DNA from: an uncultured Erysipelotrichaceae bacterium
GTDB taxonomy: Bacteria > Bacillota_I > Bacilli_A > RF39 > UBA660
DNA length: 64,000 nt
Assembly: GCA_902764545.1 (NCBI GenBank)
Contig: CACWWC010000003.1
Coordinates: forward strand, 162 to 64,161
Direction: 5' to 3'
Shown: one piece after another, positions 61,766 through 64,000 of the stretch
How the letters are laid out: each line of letters opens with the position of its first letter
Position numbering within the stretch: the first letter of the stretch is position 1
Program-made: the position numbers and the translations under genes
Notes under the pieces: model-generated
Told to the model about the DNA's origin: nothing
The model's input: the letters and a program-made list of their open reading frames with translations, nothing else
Databases searched by the model: none

Positions 61766-62563
61766 ATGAAAAGTATTGATTTTTTAAAAGAAAATGGTGT
61801 AGATATAGATAAAAGTCTTGAATTATTCGCTGATGTCAATACATACAATGATAATTTGGGTAATTTTTTAATAGGGATACATCAGAATATAAATGAAATT
61901 ATTAATATGTTAAAAAATAATGATCTAGCAAATTACGCAGTGTATGCTCATTCATTGAAAACTGATGCTAAATATTTCGGTTTTATGAAACTTGCGGAAA
62001 AAGCACTTACGCATGAACAAAAAGCAAAATTAGGTGATATGTATTATCTTTCAGAAAATATCAATGATTTAATTGAAGAAACTAATAAAGTTATTGTATT
62101 AGTTCAAGAATATCTAAGTGACTATGATAACAATAAAAAAATAGAAACTAAAAAAGAAGATGGATTTCAGACTAATACAATCTTGGTGGTTGATGATTCA
62201 AACATAATAAGAAATTTTGTTAAAAAAATATTTAGTGATAGTTATAATGTAGCGTCAGCAAAAGACGGAGAAGAAGCTATAAAAATAATTAAAACTAACA
62301 AAGATAATGACTTTATAAAAACAATATTATTAGACTTAAATATGCCAAAAGTAGATGGCTTTGCTGTTTTAGAATTTATGAGGCAAAATGATTTATTTGA
62401 TAAAATGCCGGTATCAATAATCTCCGGCGATTCCACAAAAGAGACAATAGACAAAGCATTCACATATAACATTGTAGACATGTTAGGGAAACCATTTAAT
62501 GACAAATCTGTAAAAGAAATTGTAGATAAAACTATAATGTATAAAGAAAATAGAGATCTCTAA
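61766..62563 (+). CDS. Hpt-receiver fusion phosphorelay protein
   Basis: Hpt: YAVYAHSLKTDAKYFG; REC: ILVVDDS, LLDLNMP..DG, ISG, KPF. Confidence 0.88.
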   Translation: MKSIDFLKENGVDIDKSLELFADVNTYNDNLGNFLIGIHQNINEIINMLKNNDLANYAVYAHSLKTDAKYFGFMKLAEKALTHEQKAKLGDMYYLSENINDLIEETNKVIVLVQEYLSDYDNNKKIETKKEDGFQTNTILVVDDSNIIRNFVKKIFSDSYNVASAKDGEEAIKIIKTNKDNDFIKTILLDLNMPKVDGFAVLEFMRQNDLFDKMPVSIISGDSTKETIDKAFTYNIVDMLGKPFNDKSVKEIVDKTIMYKENRDL

Positions 62564-62569
62564 AGACCT

Positions 62570-62893
62570 CTATTTATTTTGCAGTTTAATAATATCTCCA
62601 ACCTTTAATAAGCGGCATACGCCAACAGGAAAATAATATATATTATGTGCCTTAATCTTAAATATTAATTTTTCACTTGTGACATTATTATATATGTAAA
62701 GAATCCTATCATTTTTATCAGTAAAACATACATCAACTTTTTGGCAAAAGAAATAGGTATTTGCATATTTCTTTCTAGCTAGTTTTAATCCGAAATTAAT
62801 ATCTTTTAAATAGAATTTAAAAGTTTTAAATCGCTCACCAAACTTTTTATATTCAAAAATTTGAATTTTTTTATTACCGATTTTTAAAAACAT
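62570..62893 (-). CDS. DUF192-like hypothetical protein
   Basis: F.ERFK...NTYFF.QKVDVCF.DK...LKVGD; ATG after GGTG. Confidence 0.55.
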   Translation of the reverse strand: MFLKIGNKKIQIFEYKKFGERFKTFKFYLKDINFGLKLARKKYANTYFFCQKVDVCFTDKNDRILYIYNNVTSEKLIFKIKAHNIYYFPVGVCRLLKVGDIIKLQNK

Positions 62894-62977
62894 AAAATCA
62901 CCATTTAAATTATAACAAATATCTTTTAAATAGGCCAGTTTTGTGATATCATATAGAAGTGAAAAGGAGGTATAAAT

Positions 62978-63700
62978 ATGAGTGGACATTCAAAATGGGC
63001 AACAATTCATAGAAAAAAAGGTTTATTAGATGCTGCAAGAGGAAAAGTATTCCAAAAACTTGCCAAAGAAATAATGGTAGCAGCAAAAGGAGGAAGCCCA
63101 GATCCTAGCCAAAATGCTGCTTTAAGATTAGCAGTTGATAAGGCTAAGGCTCAAAATATGCCTAAAGATAACATACAAAAAGCGATTGAAAAAGCAACAG
63201 GTGGAGCAGATGGAGCTAATTATGAAAACGTAAGATATGAGGGGTATGGACATGGAGGAGTTGCCTTCATGGTAGATTGCTTAACAGATAACAGAAATAG
63301 AACTGCTTCAATGGTTAGATCTGCATTTACTAAAGCAGGAGGAAATTTAGGAACAGACGGCTCAGTAAGTTACATGTTTGAAAGAAGAGGTTCAATTATT
63401 ATTCCTGGTGAATATGATGAAGATACTATGATGATGGCCGCATTAGATGCTGGTGCACTTGACTTTGAAAAAGTAGAAGACACTTATTCAATTACTACTG
63501 ATCAGAATAGTTTCACAGCAGTTAAAGATGCCTTAGAATCAGCAGATGTAAAAGAATTTTTGCAATGTGAATTAACTTATATTCCAAATATGGAAGTAGA
63601 ACTAGATGAAGAAGGCCAAGAAAAAGTAATGAAACTAGTTGAAACATTAGAAGATTTAGATGATGTACAAGATGTATATTATAATTTAAAGGAGGATTAA
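62978..63700 (+). CDS. yebC: YebC/PmpR family protein
   Basis: MSGHSKWATI, YEGYG.GG, TDNRNRT, LEDLDDVQDVY. Confidence 0.96.
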   Translation: MSGHSKWATIHRKKGLLDAARGKVFQKLAKEIMVAAKGGSPDPSQNAALRLAVDKAKAQNMPKDNIQKAIEKATGGADGANYENVRYEGYGHGGVAFMVDCLTDNRNRTASMVRSAFTKAGGNLGTDGSVSYMFERRGSIIIPGEYDEDTMMMAALDAGALDFEKVEDTYSITTDQNSFTAVKDALESADVKEFLQCELTYIPNMEVELDEEGQEKVMKLVETLEDLDDVQDVYYNLKED

Positions 63701-63743
63701 ATCCTTTTTTTAAATTTAGCATATCTACAATTGAGGTGGTAAA

Positions 63744-64000
63744 ATGTCACAAATAAAAATTAATTTTGATTTAATAGACGCAATCAAACAAGCGAAAGGA
63801 ATAAAAAAATGTCCAAAGGAACTTTCAATGATTACTAAGCCGATTGCAATGCTTTATCCTACTGTGGTATTGATTGATTCTATAAAAGAACAACTACCAC
63901 TTGATTCACTGATTATTGCCGTTGCAATTGCAACCACATTATCAGTAAGCGTTGAACAGCTGATATTATTTCTAACCATGAGGCAAAATACAATGGACTT
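63744..64000 (+). CDS. Hypothetical membrane protein, partial; likely paralog of 6878-7465
   Basis: GAGGTGG RBS; MSQIKINFDLIDAIKQAKG...; open to the window end. Confidence 0.7.
   Translation, partial: MSQIKINFDLIDAIKQAKGIKKCPKELSMITKPIAMLYPTVVLIDSIKEQLPLDSLIIAVAIATTLSVSVEQLILFLTMRQNTMD

Noticed and set aside
1-64000. Stop-codon reassignment (genetic code 4 or other)
   Set aside because: Conserved genes use TGG for Trp and end at TAA, TAG or TGA (prs ends in TGA). In-frame stops occur only in degraded genes.

Overview
Very AT-rich chromosomal segment from a Bacillota genome, most likely an uncultured RF39-type Bacilli (inferred from composition and gene styles, not from a search). It uses genetic code 11. 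The housekeeping backbone comprises rnc, an RNase J2-like gene, uppP, prs, exoIII, class I aldolase, gltX, pyrH, rplU-prp-rpmA, obgE, yebC and three tRNAs (Arg-CCT, Met-CAT, Gln-CTG), with many orphan ORFs interspersed. Points of note: an inactivated ISL3 element at the left edge; a LysM / split SleC-like spore-cortex lysis operon; a pilin-like protein with three dockerins; a VTC-DUF4956-Cthe_2159-GT2/GtrA-phosphodiester glycosidase operon with an unannotated 47-aa membrane protein; a LexA-boxed Y-family polymerase/YolD pair; the MurL/MurD2 alternative D-Glu route; a non-housekeeping ClpX paralog; a decaying region after tRNA-Met with ADP-ribosyltransferase-like ORFs and an orphan trpF; and a coupled RelE-like + mTERF-like-repeat gene pair. 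No CRISPR array, rRNA, integrase, reverse transcriptase or phage structural gene was seen. All family calls come from motif recognition by eye.
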